Part shown: positions 26,896 through 36,899 of the stretch, one piece after another
Position numbering within the stretch: position 1 is the stretch's first letter
Layout of the letters: each line of letters begins with the position of its first letter
From: Chloroflexota bacterium
Lineage (GTDB): Bacteria; Chloroflexota; Anaerolineae; J102
Reading direction: 5' to 3'
NCBI GenBank assembly: GCA_029782215.1
Contig: JAKOVD010000022.1
Location: 5,165-69,164 of the forward strand
DNA length: 64,000 bases
Program-made: the position numbers and the translations under genes
The notes under the pieces: model-generated
What the model saw: the letters and a program-made list of their open reading frames with translations, nothing else
Databases searched by the model: none
Told to the model about the DNA's origin: nothing

Positions 26896-27120
26896 CGGAT
26901 AACCTCCGCATGGGCTTAGCCACCCATTCTGGGCTACAATGGCATCGTCGCCTGCTTCATGGGCAATCTGGAAGCTATCGAGACCGCCCCGCACAGGCGT
27001 GCAAACGCGACACAATTGTCACACTAGCACAACCGTTGGCGCCCTGCAAGAACTGCCTTGGGGGCAGCTGCAAGCACTACCTGCCTGCCATTCCGAATCG
27101 GCTATTCGCCTCCCCTTCTC

Positions 27121-27789
27121 ATGTCCACCCCACCGCCACCCGTCCAACGCCTGCGCCTGCGCTACGCCAAGACCGGCGATGCCCGCTGGGTCGGCCATCT
27201 TGACGAGGCCCGCTTTTGGGAGCGCGCCTTCCGCCGCGTCGAGCTGCCGCTGGCTTACTCGCACGGCTTCAACCCGCAGCCCAAAATGCAGTTCGCCGCC
27301 GCGCTGCCGGTGGGGGTCGCAGGCATCAACGAGCTGCTGGACGTGTGGCTGCTGGAGAGCGACGATCCTGCTGTCTGGGCGGAGCGCATCAGGGGCAGCC
27401 TGCCTGCGGGCTGGATGCTGCACGAGGCCGTCGAGGCGCCGATGGAACTGCCCGCCATGCAGAGCAGTCTGCGCCTGGCCGTGTACGAGGTGCGCTGGGG
27501 CCCAGAGCTCGGCGTGGAGACGCTGCGGGAGCGCGTGGACTGGCTGCTGGCGCAGACGGCGCTGGTGCGCCCCCACCACAAGGAACCAGACCGCACCTAT
27601 GACCTGCGCCCGCTGATCGCCTCCCTCGCCGTGATGCCCGGCGAGACGCCCGCCATGGAGGCGATGATGCACAGCAGCCCGGAGCGCAGCGGCCGCATCA
27701 CGGAAGTGGTGGCGGCCCTGGGCCTGGGGGGCATCCCCCACGAAATCACGCGTACGACGCTGGTGCTAGAAGACGAGACGCAAGGATAG
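27121..27789 (+). CDS. Radical SAM-linked protein (DUF2344 / TIGR03936-like)
   Basis: LRLRYAKTGDARWVGHLDEARFWERAFRRVELPLAYSHGFNPQPKMQFAAALPVG is the signature N-terminus of this family, which is usually adjacent or fused to TIGR03960 proteins. Confidence 0.8.
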   Translation: MSTPPPPVQRLRLRYAKTGDARWVGHLDEARFWERAFRRVELPLAYSHGFNPQPKMQFAAALPVGVAGINELLDVWLLESDDPAVWAERIRGSLPAGWMLHEAVEAPMELPAMQSSLRLAVYEVRWGPELGVETLRERVDWLLAQTALVRPHHKEPDRTYDLRPLIASLAVMPGETPAMEAMMHSSPERSGRITEVVAALGLGGIPHEITRTTLVLEDETQG

Positions 27790-27793
27790 GCCC

Positions 27794-28573
27794 ATGAGCT
27801 CAGACCCCGGCACCTTCCATGTGCGGTCACGCACCAGCACCGTGCGCGATTACCACTACGACGATGAACGTCCCGGCAAACCCCTGTACCTGATCGTGCC
27901 GGGGGCGATGATCGCGCTCACGTCGCTGGTACTGATTATCTACATCCTCTACGCCGTGATCGTCAGAGGACCGGAACTGGGCCTGCAGCCGGGCCAGGGT
28001 TACCCGCTTGTCCTGCTGCTGGCCTTCGTCTACATCGGCGGCGTCTTCCTCTTCAGCTACGGCTATGAGCTGTACGACGTACGGAAAGCCCTGCGCCTGA
28101 CGGCGATCATCGTCTTCACCACCTTCATGAGCGTCGTGATCATCGCCGTCGTCTTCCTGCTCATCGCGGGGCTGAGCGATTCGCACGGCAGCAGCTCGCA
28201 TTCGTCCGGCAGCTCCTCGTCCCGTGGCAGCGGGCAGGGCAAAGGGGCCGCCTGGCTGGCCGCGGTCTTCGGACGTGCGCGCAGTTCTTCATCAAGCTCC
28301 CACGCCAGCAGCGGCCACTCCACGTCCTCGGGTGGCTGGGACATCGACATCAACCTGCCCACGCGCACCGTGGAGAAGGAAGTCGTGAAGGAAGTCAAGG
28401 TGCCCGTGGCGCCCGTCGCCATCTCCTGCCCGAGCTGCGGCCGCTCCTATATTCCCTTTGCCACGCAGTTCGCCTGCCCCAACTGCGGTACGCCCACACC
28501 GCCCGATCTGGTCGAGGTCAGCCGCGCCGGCGCAGGCGACAAGGACTCACCGCCGGGCGATAACCCTTCCTGA
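27794..28573 (+). CDS. Hypothetical membrane protein with a Ser-rich spacer and C-terminal zinc ribbon
   Basis: 3 TM segments, then SDSHGSSSHSSGSSSSRGSG...SSSSSSHASSGHSTSSG, then CPSCGRSY...CPNCG. It starts 4 nt after the DUF2344-like gene. Confidence 0.6.
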   Translation: MSSDPGTFHVRSRTSTVRDYHYDDERPGKPLYLIVPGAMIALTSLVLIIYILYAVIVRGPELGLQPGQGYPLVLLLAFVYIGGVFLFSYGYELYDVRKALRLTAIIVFTTFMSVVIIAVVFLLIAGLSDSHGSSSHSSGSSSSRGSGQGKGAAWLAAVFGRARSSSSSSHASSGHSTSSGGWDIDINLPTRTVEKEVVKEVKVPVAPVAISCPSCGRSYIPFATQFACPNCGTPTPPDLVEVSRAGAGDKDSPPGDNPS

Positions 28574-28598
28574 AGCCAGTCGGGGCGATCGGCGCCTG

Positions 28599-29864
28599 CT
28601 AGAGGGTGCGGGCGTAGGCCCGATCCAGCACCTGCACAGTGTGCAGCAGAGGGAGGGGATGTCCCAGGGCGACAAGGTGCGCCTGGATCTGGGTGAGGCA
28701 GCCGATGTTGCCCGTCGCCAGCATCTCGGCGCCCGTCGCCAACACGCTGCGCGCCTTGCGCTCGCCCAACTGGGTCGCCATTCCCGGGTGTTCCAGGTTG
28801 TAGGTCCCCGCCGAGCCACAGCAGAGATCACCGTCCGGAATCTCGACCAGGGTCAGGCCGGGGATACTGGACAGCAGGCGCCGGGGCGCCTCGCGCACCC
28901 CCTGGGCATGGGCCAGGTGACAGGCGTCGTGGTAGGCAACCTTCATCGGCCGCGCCACCTCGGGCAGCGGCGCCACGAGCCCGATTTCGTCGAGGAAGGC
29001 GCTCACGTCCTTGGTCCGACCGGCCAGAGCCGCGGCAGCATCCTCCTGCTCGGCGCCCCTGAACAAGAGGGGGTACTCCTTCATGCCCGATCCACAGCCG
29101 GCGGCGTTCGTAATAACAGCATCCACATCCGTTGGGAAAGCCTCCATGTTGGCGCGGGCCAGGCCCTGCGCCCGCCGGGCGTCACCCGTGTGCATGGCAA
29201 GGGCGCCGCAGCATCCCTGGGCAAGAGGGATGACGACCTCGACGCCGTTGGCCGCCAGCACGCGCAGCGTCGCCCAGTTGATCTCGGGCGCCAGCACCTG
29301 CTGCACACAGCCAACCAGTAGCGCCACCCGCGCCCGCCGCGTGCCCTCGGCGGGGAAGTGAGTGGGCAGGGGTCGGGTCTTGGGCAGCTTGCCCGGGACC
29401 AGGTCCACCATGGCCCGGAAATCGCCCGGCAGCACGCCCAGCAGAGGGCGCGCCAGGCGGCCCGTCCTGGCCGCCAGCCGGAAGCGACCGGGATAAGGCA
29501 CCGTTTGCTGGATGGTAAAACGCACCAGCCGTTCGGAGAGAGGACGCCGGCGCCGTTCCTCGGCCCGGGCGCGGAAAGGCATCAGCAGCTCACCGTAGGG
29601 CACACCCGAAGGACACGCCGGGATGCAGGCCAGACAGCCCAGACAGAGATCGACATAAGGAAGCGCTTCTTTGAGGGGTAGATTGCCCTCAAGGACATCC
29701 TTCATCAGCACGATGCGGCCGCGCGGGGAATCCATTTCTTCACCCAGGACCCGATAGGTGGGACAGGCGGCCAAACAGAAGCCACAGTGAACGCAGGCCT
29801 CGACGGCGTGGGCCATGGCTGCGCCCTGGGGTCCAAGCTCTGCGACAGGAATCTGATGCTGCAT
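28599..29864 (-). CDS. glcF: Glycolate oxidase iron-sulfur subunit
   Basis: Two ferredoxin-type motifs ([14 protein letters not shown] and [15 protein letters not shown]) plus two CCG-type Cys-rich repeats (...GCCG...). Confidence 0.85.
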   Translation of the reverse strand: MQHQIPVAELGPQGAAMAHAVEACVHCGFCLAACPTYRVLGEEMDSPRGRIVLMKDVLEGNLPLKEALPYVDLCLGCLACIPACPSGVPYGELLMPFRARAEERRRRPLSERLVRFTIQQTVPYPGRFRLAARTGRLARPLLGVLPGDFRAMVDLVPGKLPKTRPLPTHFPAEGTRRARVALLVGCVQQVLAPEINWATLRVLAANGVEVVIPLAQGCCGALAMHTGDARRAQGLARANMEAFPTDVDAVITNAAGCGSGMKEYPLLFRGAEQEDAAAALAGRTKDVSAFLDEIGLVAPLPEVARPMKVAYHDACHLAHAQGVREAPRRLLSSIPGLTLVEIPDGDLCCGSAGTYNLEHPGMATQLGERKARSVLATGAEMLATGNIGCLTQIQAHLVALGHPLPLLHTVQVLDRAYARTL

Positions 29865-29879
29865 GGACCTCTCTGCCTC

Positions 29880-30965
29880 CTATGCCAACCGGTTCATGGG
29901 ATCGAGCGCGGTCTTAACCCGCTGGTAGAAGACGGCCCCCGTGGCCGCGCCCAACAGCGGCTCGGCTGACGCGCCGTGGAACTGCATGCCTGCAAGCCCC
30001 AGCGCCTTGAGCTCGGCGTCGATGGTTTCCCCGGAGGATGGCCACACCACCCAGGCCACGTTGCCGCCCACGCTGTAGCGCCTGTGCGCAGCCACCGGCA
30101 GGCGAGCCTCCAGCGCGAGAATGCGGTCGGGCGTCAACGGCACCTTGAGCAGGGGCAGCCCCACAGGCGCCCATGCCATCTCCCGCTGGCGCCGCCAGTA
30201 AGCCGCCTCTTCCTCACCGTCCAGGGTGCGAAAACCCACCGCCTCGCGGCCCAGGAACTCGCGCATACGGTCCAGCCGCTGGGGAAGCACATCGGCAGGG
30301 CCGCCGATGCGAAGCCAGAGCGCCGACGTCACGGCCTCTCCCACCTCGAGATCGAGCGCCTCCAGATCGAACTGGGAAGCGGTCAGCCAGCCAAGGGCCT
30401 TGAGCGCGGCGCCGAGATCGGCGAACACAGCCTGGAGACTGGCAAAGGCGGGAGGCGCCGGAAAAACCTTGAAGGAACACTCCACCAGAATGCCCAGACG
30501 TCCGAGGCTGCCAACCATGAGTTTCGGAAAGTCAAAGCCGGCGGCGTTCTTGACCACCTTGCCGCCGCCCCGTACCAAGTTGCCTTGTCCATCCACAAAT
30601 CGGACGCCGATGACGAAATCGCGGACGCCGCCGTAGTGATAGCGGCCGGGACCGGCGGTGTTGGCGGCGATCACGCCTCCCAGTGTCGCCCCCCGTTCCA
30701 CCCACAAGGGATCGAAGGGCATGACCTGGCCATGCGCTGCCAGCATCCGTTCCACCTCGGCCACGGGCGTCGCCGCCAGCGCCGTGAACACAAACTCGCC
30801 CGGCTCATACTCGCGCACCCCGGTCAGGGCGGACAGGTCGAGCGCCGTGACGCCTTCGGGCGCCGCCGACAGGCAGGGCTTGCTGCCGCCTCCGCGCGGT
30901 CGCAGCCGCTCGTGCTCACGAACAGCCTCCTGTACTTCGGCTGGGGTCTGTGGCTGCACGCTCAT
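29880..30965 (-). CDS. glcE: Glycolate oxidase FAD-binding subunit
   Basis: FAD-binding PCMH-type domain protein (RPRGGGSK, ...NVAGYD-like KNAAGFDFPKL) located between the glcD and glcF homologues. Confidence 0.8.
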   Translation of the reverse strand: MSVQPQTPAEVQEAVREHERLRPRGGGSKPCLSAAPEGVTALDLSALTGVREYEPGEFVFTALAATPVAEVERMLAAHGQVMPFDPLWVERGATLGGVIAANTAGPGRYHYGGVRDFVIGVRFVDGQGNLVRGGGKVVKNAAGFDFPKLMVGSLGRLGILVECSFKVFPAPPAFASLQAVFADLGAALKALGWLTASQFDLEALDLEVGEAVTSALWLRIGGPADVLPQRLDRMREFLGREAVGFRTLDGEEEAAYWRRQREMAWAPVGLPLLKVPLTPDRILALEARLPVAAHRRYSVGGNVAWVVWPSSGETIDAELKALGLAGMQFHGASAEPLLGAATGAVFYQRVKTALDPMNRLA

Positions 30966-30994
30966 AGACGCCTCCTGTTCACAGCGAACCTTGC

Positions 30995-32446
30995 CTACGC
31001 CCTGCTGATCACGCCGGCGCGTTCCAGGGGATGGGGCTCATAGGTCTTGGCTCCGCCGGCGCCGGGGTCGCCGGGGAACATCTTGCCACGGTTGGCGATC
31101 TCCTTCGGGTCGATGCGCTGCCGCAGGGTCCACATGGCTTCCATATCGTCTTCGTTGAACATCTGCGGTAGAAAGGCCCGCTTCTCCATGCCAACGCCGT
31201 GTTCGCCCGTGATGGATCCCCCCATGGTGATGCACATGGCGGTGATCTCACCGGCAGCGCCCTCGGCCCGCTCGAATTCACCGGGCTTGCGGCCATCATA
31301 GAGGATAAGGGGGTGAAGGTTGCCGTCGCCGGCATGGAAGACGTTGGCGATGCGCACGTCGTACTTCCGGGACAGGCGTTGGATCTCGGCCAGCGCCTCG
31401 CCCAAGCGGCTGCGCGGAACGACGCCATCCTGGACGATGTAGTCGGGACTGAGCCTCCCCACGGCCGAAAAGGCGCCCTTGCGTCCCTTCCAGATACGCA
31501 TGCGCTCGGCATCGTTCTGGGCCACCCGGACCTCATAGGCGCCCGACTTGCCGATTACCTCCAGCAGCCGGGTGAACTCGGCCTCGACCTGCACCGTCTC
31601 ACCTTCCAGCTCGACGATCAAGAGGGCTGCGGCCTCCCGCGGGTAGCCGGCATTCACCGAAGCTTCGGCGGCCTGAATGGCCAGATGGTCCATGATCTCA
31701 ATGGCGCCGGGCAGCAACCCCGAAGCCACGACAGCGGCCACGGCATTGCCGGCGGTCTCCAGGCTGTCATAGGCGGCCAGCACCGTACGGTAGCGCTCGG
31801 GGCGGGGCACCAGGCGCAGCGTGATCTCCAGCGCCACCCCGAACAGCCCTTCACAGCCTACAAAAAGCCCCGTCAAATCAGGCCCCACCGCTTCCAGGCT
31901 TTCCCTGCCCAGGGTCACCACCTCGCCGTCCGGCAGCACGGCCTTCAATCCCAGCACATGGTTACTGGTCATGCCGTACTTCAGACAGTGGGCGCCGCCG
32001 GAATTGAAGGCGACATTGCCGCCAATGGTGCAGACCAACTGACTCGATGGGTCCGGCGCATAGTAGAGGCCGTAGGGAGCCGCCGCCTGGGATACCGCCA
32101 GGTTAACCGCTCCCGGTTCCACGACCGCCAGCCGCTGCTGCGGGTCCAGGCGCAGAATGCGATTCAGCCGGTTGAGAGCGATGACCAGCCCGCCTTCGAC
32201 CGGAAGCGAACCGCCCGACAGGCTGGTGCCGCTGCCACGGGCCACAAAGGGAATCCCGTACTGGTAGCAAAGCTTGACGGCGGCGATCACCTCTTCCTGC
32301 GTTTCCGGCAGGATGACCGCCAATGGATGGGCGCGGTAGGCGGTCAGCGCATCCGATTCATAGGATGCGAGCTGGGCCGGGCGTTCCAGCAGGCGGTCAG
32401 CCGGCACCAGGCGGGCTAACTCAGAAATGAACTCGGAACGTGCCAT
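30995..32446 (-). CDS. glcD: Glycolate oxidase subunit GlcD (FAD-linked oxidase)
   Basis: 483 aa. [22 protein letters not shown]-equivalent region, and C-terminal FAD-oxidase_C ([20 protein letters not shown]). Confidence 0.9.
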   Translation of the reverse strand: MARSEFISELARLVPADRLLERPAQLASYESDALTAYRAHPLAVILPETQEEVIAAVKLCYQYGIPFVARGSGTSLSGGSLPVEGGLVIALNRLNRILRLDPQQRLAVVEPGAVNLAVSQAAAPYGLYYAPDPSSQLVCTIGGNVAFNSGGAHCLKYGMTSNHVLGLKAVLPDGEVVTLGRESLEAVGPDLTGLFVGCEGLFGVALEITLRLVPRPERYRTVLAAYDSLETAGNAVAAVVASGLLPGAIEIMDHLAIQAAEASVNAGYPREAAALLIVELEGETVQVEAEFTRLLEVIGKSGAYEVRVAQNDAERMRIWKGRKGAFSAVGRLSPDYIVQDGVVPRSRLGEALAEIQRLSRKYDVRIANVFHAGDGNLHPLILYDGRKPGEFERAEGAAGEITAMCITMGGSITGEHGVGMEKRAFLPQMFNEDDMEAMWTLRQRIDPKEIANRGKMFPGDPGAGGAKTYEPHPLERAGVISRA

Positions 32447-32507
32447 GCGCTACCTCCGGTTGCAGTCTGGGCGCCATCGGTCGGGACCATCACGACGCAC
32501 CATGACG

Positions 32508-34079
32508 TCAATCAAGTGCGGGATAGGCCAGATAGGTCAGAAACTCAATGAAATGGTCGCTCAGGACCAACTCGTCTACGAGCGCCGCGGCGTCGCCGAG
32601 ACGGCCGGATAGCTCGCCGCCCAGCTTCGCCAACTCCTCATCCCGCAGCCGCTGGTAGAGGCTGGCATCCACCGGCCGGCCGTCGGCAAGGGCGGTGCCC
32701 GTGTGACGCCACTGCCAGATCTGCGACCGGGAAATCTCCGCCGTCGCCGTATCCTCCATCAGGTTGTAGATGGCGGCGGCGCCATTGCCCAGGAGCCAGG
32801 CATTCAAGTACTGCAAGGCGACGCTGATGTTGTTCCGCAAGCCGGCCTCGGTGATGGCGCCGCCCTCCACACGGAACTCCAGGAGCTGCGCTGCCGTGAC
32901 CTGCACATCTTCGCGCAGCCGCTCCTTCTGGTGGTCACGCTCGCCCAGGCGTCCCTCGAAGATCGCCCAGGCCGTGGGGACCAGATCAGGGTGCGCCACC
33001 CAGGTGCCGTCAAAGCCATCACCTGCCTCCCGTTCTTTGTCTGCCCGCACGGCCGCCAGCGCCCGTTCGTTGACCTCGGGGTCTCTACGGCTGGGAATGT
33101 AGGCCGCCATGCCGCCCACGGCATGGGCCCCACGACGATGGCAGGTCTTGACGAGAAGCTGGCAGTAGGCGCGCATGAAGGGCACCGACATGGTCACCTG
33201 CGCCCGATCGGGAAGGATGAAATCGGCCCGGGTGCGGAACTTCTTGATGCAGCTAAACATGTAATCCCAGCGGCCGGCATTCAGTCCCGAGGCATGGTCG
33301 CGCAGCTCGTAGAGGATTTCGTCCATCTCAAAGGCGGCCAGGATGGTTTCGATCAGGACGGTGGCGCGGATCGTGCCACGCGCCATGCCCAAGCCATCCT
33401 GCGCGGCGTTGAAGACGTCGTTCCACAGCCTGGCTTCGAGATGGCTTTCGAGCTTGGGCAAGTAGAAGTAGGGGCCAGAACCCCGCCGGAGCAGCTCGTG
33501 GCCGTTGTGGTACAAGTAGAGGCCGAAGTCGAACAAACTGGCCGAAATCGGCTCACCGTCCACCAGAACATGCCTCTCGGTCAGATGCCAGCCACGCGGG
33601 CGCACCAGCAGGACCGCAGGATGGTCGATCAGCCGGTAGACCCTGCCGTCCGGGTTGGTGAACTCGATGCGACGCCGCACGGCATCGCTGAGATTGGCCT
33701 GCCCCAGAACCACATTGTCCCACGTGGGCGAAAGGGCATCCTCAAAATCAGCCATGAACACACTGGCGCCTGAGTTGAGCGCGTTGATCATCATCTTGCG
33801 CTCGACCGGGCCGGTGATCTCCACCCACCGCTTTTGCAGGTCCGCGGGCGTCGCCGCCACCTGCCAGTCGCCGCTGCGCACGCCAACGGTATCAGAACGA
33901 AAATCGGGGAGCTCGCCGGCGTCAAAGGCAGCCTGGCGCCGTGCACGATCTTCCAGTAGAGACAGCCGCCGCTCATTGAACCGGCGGTGCAGACCGGCCA
34001 CAAACGCCAACGCTTCCGGGATGAGAACCTCTGCGTAGTCGGCCGGAACCGGACCGATCACTTGCACACCAGGGACCAT
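32508..34079 (-). CDS. aceB: Malate synthase A
   Basis: [52 protein letters not shown] and WVAHPDLV are malate synthase A motifs. GGAGGAG RBS before the ATG at 34079. Confidence 0.9.
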   Translation of the reverse strand: MVPGVQVIGPVPADYAEVLIPEALAFVAGLHRRFNERRLSLLEDRARRQAAFDAGELPDFRSDTVGVRSGDWQVAATPADLQKRWVEITGPVERKMMINALNSGASVFMADFEDALSPTWDNVVLGQANLSDAVRRRIEFTNPDGRVYRLIDHPAVLLVRPRGWHLTERHVLVDGEPISASLFDFGLYLYHNGHELLRRGSGPYFYLPKLESHLEARLWNDVFNAAQDGLGMARGTIRATVLIETILAAFEMDEILYELRDHASGLNAGRWDYMFSCIKKFRTRADFILPDRAQVTMSVPFMRAYCQLLVKTCHRRGAHAVGGMAAYIPSRRDPEVNERALAAVRADKEREAGDGFDGTWVAHPDLVPTAWAIFEGRLGERDHQKERLREDVQVTAAQLLEFRVEGGAITEAGLRNNISVALQYLNAWLLGNGAAAIYNLMEDTATAEISRSQIWQWRHTGTALADGRPVDASLYQRLRDEELAKLGGELSGRLGDAAALVDELVLSDHFIEFLTYLAYPALD

Positions 34080-34173
34080 GCGTCTTGACTCCTCCGTCTG
34101 GGTGGGGTGGTTGATTGAGATGGTAATTGTGCGTTGGATGTGCGATGAAGACAAGCCGATGGGTGAGCTTCGT

Positions 34174-35433
34174 TCAACCGAACAGGCTGGGGAACCAGGA
34201 ACTCAGCACCAGGATGACCGTCAGGCCGATCAGCACCACGGTCACCACGGCCATCACCGCGTTGAAGATGCGGCCATTGGTGAACCGGCCCATCAGGCGC
34301 CGGTCATTGACCAAGCGCAGCATGACCAGGAGAATGACAGGCAGGAGGACACCGTTGAGGGTCTGGCTGGCCAGCATGGTCCGGATCAGGGATTCAATTG
34401 GCGCAAGGATGATGGCAGCGCCCACGACGATCAACGCGGTATAGATGCCGAAGAACACCGGCGCTTCGCGCATGCTGCGGCTCACGCCCATCTCCCAGCC
34501 GAACGCCTCGCAAACGACATAGGCCGTTGACAGCGGCAGGATGGCCGCCGAAAACACCGAAGCATTGAGCAGGCCGATGGCAAAGAGCACGTAGGCATAG
34601 CGTCCGGCCAGCGGCTCCAGGGCCATGGCGGCATCCTGCGCCGATTCGATCCGGATGCCGTGGGTGAAGAGCGTCGAAGCACAGGCGATCATGATGAAGC
34701 AGGCGACCACTACGGCGAAAAGGGAACCGATGATGACATCGATACGCTCATAGGCGATATCGACGATCTTGAGTCCCTTGTCCACGATCGAGGCCTGCTG
34801 GTAGAACTGCATCCAGGGGGCAATCGTGGTACCGATGATGGTGACCGCAAGCACCAGGTACTGCGTATTCCACTGGAAGGAAGGGCTAACGAAGGAATGG
34901 GCCACTTGCTGCCAATCGGGATGCGCCAGCACGCCGGAAACAATGTAGGTCAGGAAGATGGCGCTGGCGACCAGGAAGATGCGCTCTACGCGGGCGTAAC
35001 TTCCCTTGACCATGAGAAACCAGACAAGTACGGCGGCAACCGGCACCGAAAGGTATTTGCTGACGCCAAAGAGCTCCATGCTCGCCGCCACACCGGCAAA
35101 TTCACTCACGGTGTTGGCGAGGTTGGCGATGAGCATGATGCCGATGATCAGGGCCGTCCACCGCACGCCCAGGCTCTCACGGATGAGATCGGCAAGCCCT
35201 TTGCCTGTGACGATGCCCAAGCGGGCGCTCATCTCCTGCACAAGGATCAGAGCCAGCGCCACGAGCGGCATGATCCAGAGCATGCTGTAGCCGAAATGCG
35301 CTCCGGCCACCGAATAGGTGGTGATGCCGCCGGCATCATTGTCCACATTGGCGGTGATGATGCCTGGCCCCACAACGGCCAGGAGCAGGGCGATGCGTAG
35401 GCGCAGAGGCCTGGTGCGTTGTTGCAGTCTCAT
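34174..35433 (-). CDS. Nramp-related magnesium transporter (NRMT-type SLC11 family member)
   Basis: Nramp fold ([20 protein letters not shown] in TM1; [16 protein letters not shown] in TM6). The canonical DPGN is DAGG and the canonical A-x-x-M-P-H is T-T-I-A-P-W, i.e. the N-to-G, A-to-T and M-to-A changes described for Mg2+-transporting NRMTs. Confidence 0.75.
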   Translation of the reverse strand: MRLQQRTRPLRLRIALLLAVVGPGIITANVDNDAGGITTYSVAGAHFGYSMLWIMPLVALALILVQEMSARLGIVTGKGLADLIRESLGVRWTALIIGIMLIANLANTVSEFAGVAASMELFGVSKYLSVPVAAVLVWFLMVKGSYARVERIFLVASAIFLTYIVSGVLAHPDWQQVAHSFVSPSFQWNTQYLVLAVTIIGTTIAPWMQFYQQASIVDKGLKIVDIAYERIDVIIGSLFAVVVACFIMIACASTLFTHGIRIESAQDAAMALEPLAGRYAYVLFAIGLLNASVFSAAILPLSTAYVVCEAFGWEMGVSRSMREAPVFFGIYTALIVVGAAIILAPIESLIRTMLASQTLNGVLLPVILLVMLRLVNDRRLMGRFTNGRIFNAVMAVVTVVLIGLTVILVLSSWFPSLFG

Positions 35434-35457
35434 AGGATGGGCAGGACTGAAGAAGGA

Positions 35458-36705
35458 TCAGTGATAGAGTCGCGGCAGCTTCTTCTTCCAGGCCGTGGGA
35501 ATGATCTTGTCCAGGGCGTCGTCAGCCGTGACAATGCCGTGGAGACGGCGCTCGTCATCGACAACCGGCACCGCCACCAGGTTGTACTTCGAGACCGCCT
35601 GCGCGGCATCGTCCTGGCTGTCCGTCAGACTGACGGTCACGATACGGCGGTGCATGAACTGGGTGACCAGCGTGTCCGGTTCGGCCAGCACCAACTCACG
35701 CAGGGAGAAGACCCCCAAGAGCTTGTCAGTCTCATCCGTGACATAGATGTAGTAGATGGTCTCTGCGTCACGGGCCGTCTGGCGCAGGAACTCGATCGCC
35801 TGCTCGGCGGTGGTATCGGGACCGACGGCGACGAACTCCGTGTTCATGATGCCGCCCGCGCTGTCCTCCGGGTAGGCCAGCAGCTTGCGCACGTCATCGG
35901 CCTCGTCCTTCTCCATCAGGTTGAGGATGTCGGCGCTGCGCTCTTCGGGCAGCTCGGCCAAAAGGTCGGCGGCAGCATCCGGTGACATGGCCTCCAAGAC
36001 GTCGGCGACGCGCTCGTCGGACATGCTTTCCACCAGGCTGGCCTGGAAGTCAGGCTCGACTTCCTCCAGGGTTTCCGCCACGGTCTCCACGTCCAGGGAC
36101 TCCAGGAACTTGCCGCCCTCAGCGCGGGTCAGGTCGCTGATGATCTCCGCCAGGTCCGCCGGGTGCAGCTCGTTGACGATGTTCCCCGGCACACGCAGCC
36201 GGATGGGCTGTTCACCGGGCAGAAGCTCGACCTCATGCCAGGAGATCGTTGCCGCGGGCGCCCGCCGGCCCACTTGCTTGGCCATACCGCGCAGGCCCAA
36301 GCGCCGCATCAGGCCCGCAGCACTGACATCCACATTGGCGACGTAGAAATGGCTGTTGACGCGCAGCAGCTCCAGGTCGTTGACGCGCACCACACGCACG
36401 CCGTTGGTATCGATGATCTGCTTGTCAAGCACATCGCGCACCAGGAACAGATCGCTGTCCGCAGCCTGGTAGGGCTCGATATCGGCCCACCGCTTTGTCA
36501 ACGGAACGGCAGGCGCCACCAGCACCGCCACATCTGGAAAGGGGACCAGAGTGACACCGCCGCGGGAACGCTTGACGGCGATGGCAACCAGCACGGGGTG
36601 CGGAAGCTCGACATGCATCGCAGCGACCAGGTCCTCTAAGCGACCGACGCGGTTGCCGTCCACATCGGCCACCGCCCTACCAAGCAACTCACTGACGTAA
36701 GCCAT
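35458..36705 (-). CDS. Soluble PRC-barrel + MgtE N-domain + CBS-pair protein (MgtE cytosolic sensor without the membrane pore)
   Basis: Two PRC-barrel-like segments (LLGRAVADVDGNRVGRLEDLV; VLDKQIIDTNGVRVVRVNDLEL). MgtE_N segment (LHPADLAEIISDL...VADVLEAMSPDAAADLLAELPEERSADILNLM). CBS pair (AGGIMNTEFVAV...; VAVPVVDDERRLHGIVTADDALD). The protein ends where the MgtE TM domain would begin. Confidence 0.8.
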   Translation of the reverse strand: MAYVSELLGRAVADVDGNRVGRLEDLVAAMHVELPHPVLVAIAVKRSRGGVTLVPFPDVAVLVAPAVPLTKRWADIEPYQAADSDLFLVRDVLDKQIIDTNGVRVVRVNDLELLRVNSHFYVANVDVSAAGLMRRLGLRGMAKQVGRRAPAATISWHEVELLPGEQPIRLRVPGNIVNELHPADLAEIISDLTRAEGGKFLESLDVETVAETLEEVEPDFQASLVESMSDERVADVLEAMSPDAAADLLAELPEERSADILNLMEKDEADDVRKLLAYPEDSAGGIMNTEFVAVGPDTTAEQAIEFLRQTARDAETIYYIYVTDETDKLLGVFSLRELVLAEPDTLVTQFMHRRIVTVSLTDSQDDAAQAVSKYNLVAVPVVDDERRLHGIVTADDALDKIIPTAWKKKLPRLYH

Positions 36706-36893
36706 AGGTCCCCCTTTGGCGTCCGCGTACGCCCGGATGGAGGCAAGGAATGCACAGGCAAATCCATCTGGGCCGCATCACGCCGGCTCAGTTTGCTGCC
36801 TTGCGGTGGTGAATTGGAAAGCCCTGGACATCCATACAAAGAAGCGGCACGCAAACCCGCGCTGGCTACATGCGGTGGCCCAAGGACCTTCCC

Positions 36894-36899
36894 ATTATA
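36894..36899 (-). promoter_or_regulatory. Candidate -10 box (perfect TATAAT) about 190 nt upstream of the MgtE_N/CBS gene
   Basis: The minus strand reads gtgaaTATAATggg in an AT-richer intergenic region. The -35 is weak. Confidence 0.35.

Noticed and set aside
15379-27120. Genomic island or prophage between the two radical-SAM-associated genes.
   Set aside because: There is no integrase, transposase, phage gene, flanking tRNA or direct repeat, and base composition looks similar to the flanks by eye. It is kept only as a low-interest synteny observation.
36706-36899. M-box (ykoK) Mg2+ riboswitch upstream of the MgtE_N/CBS-NRMT genes. Also briefly considered: yybP-ykoY (Mn2+), NiCo and ykkC motifs.
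   Set aside because: I could not find the conserved cores (for example GUUAGGUGAGGC, AGACGC, GGG.CAACAG for the M-box) on the relevant strand. Only a covariance-model scan could settle this. The region is reported as an unknown structured leader.
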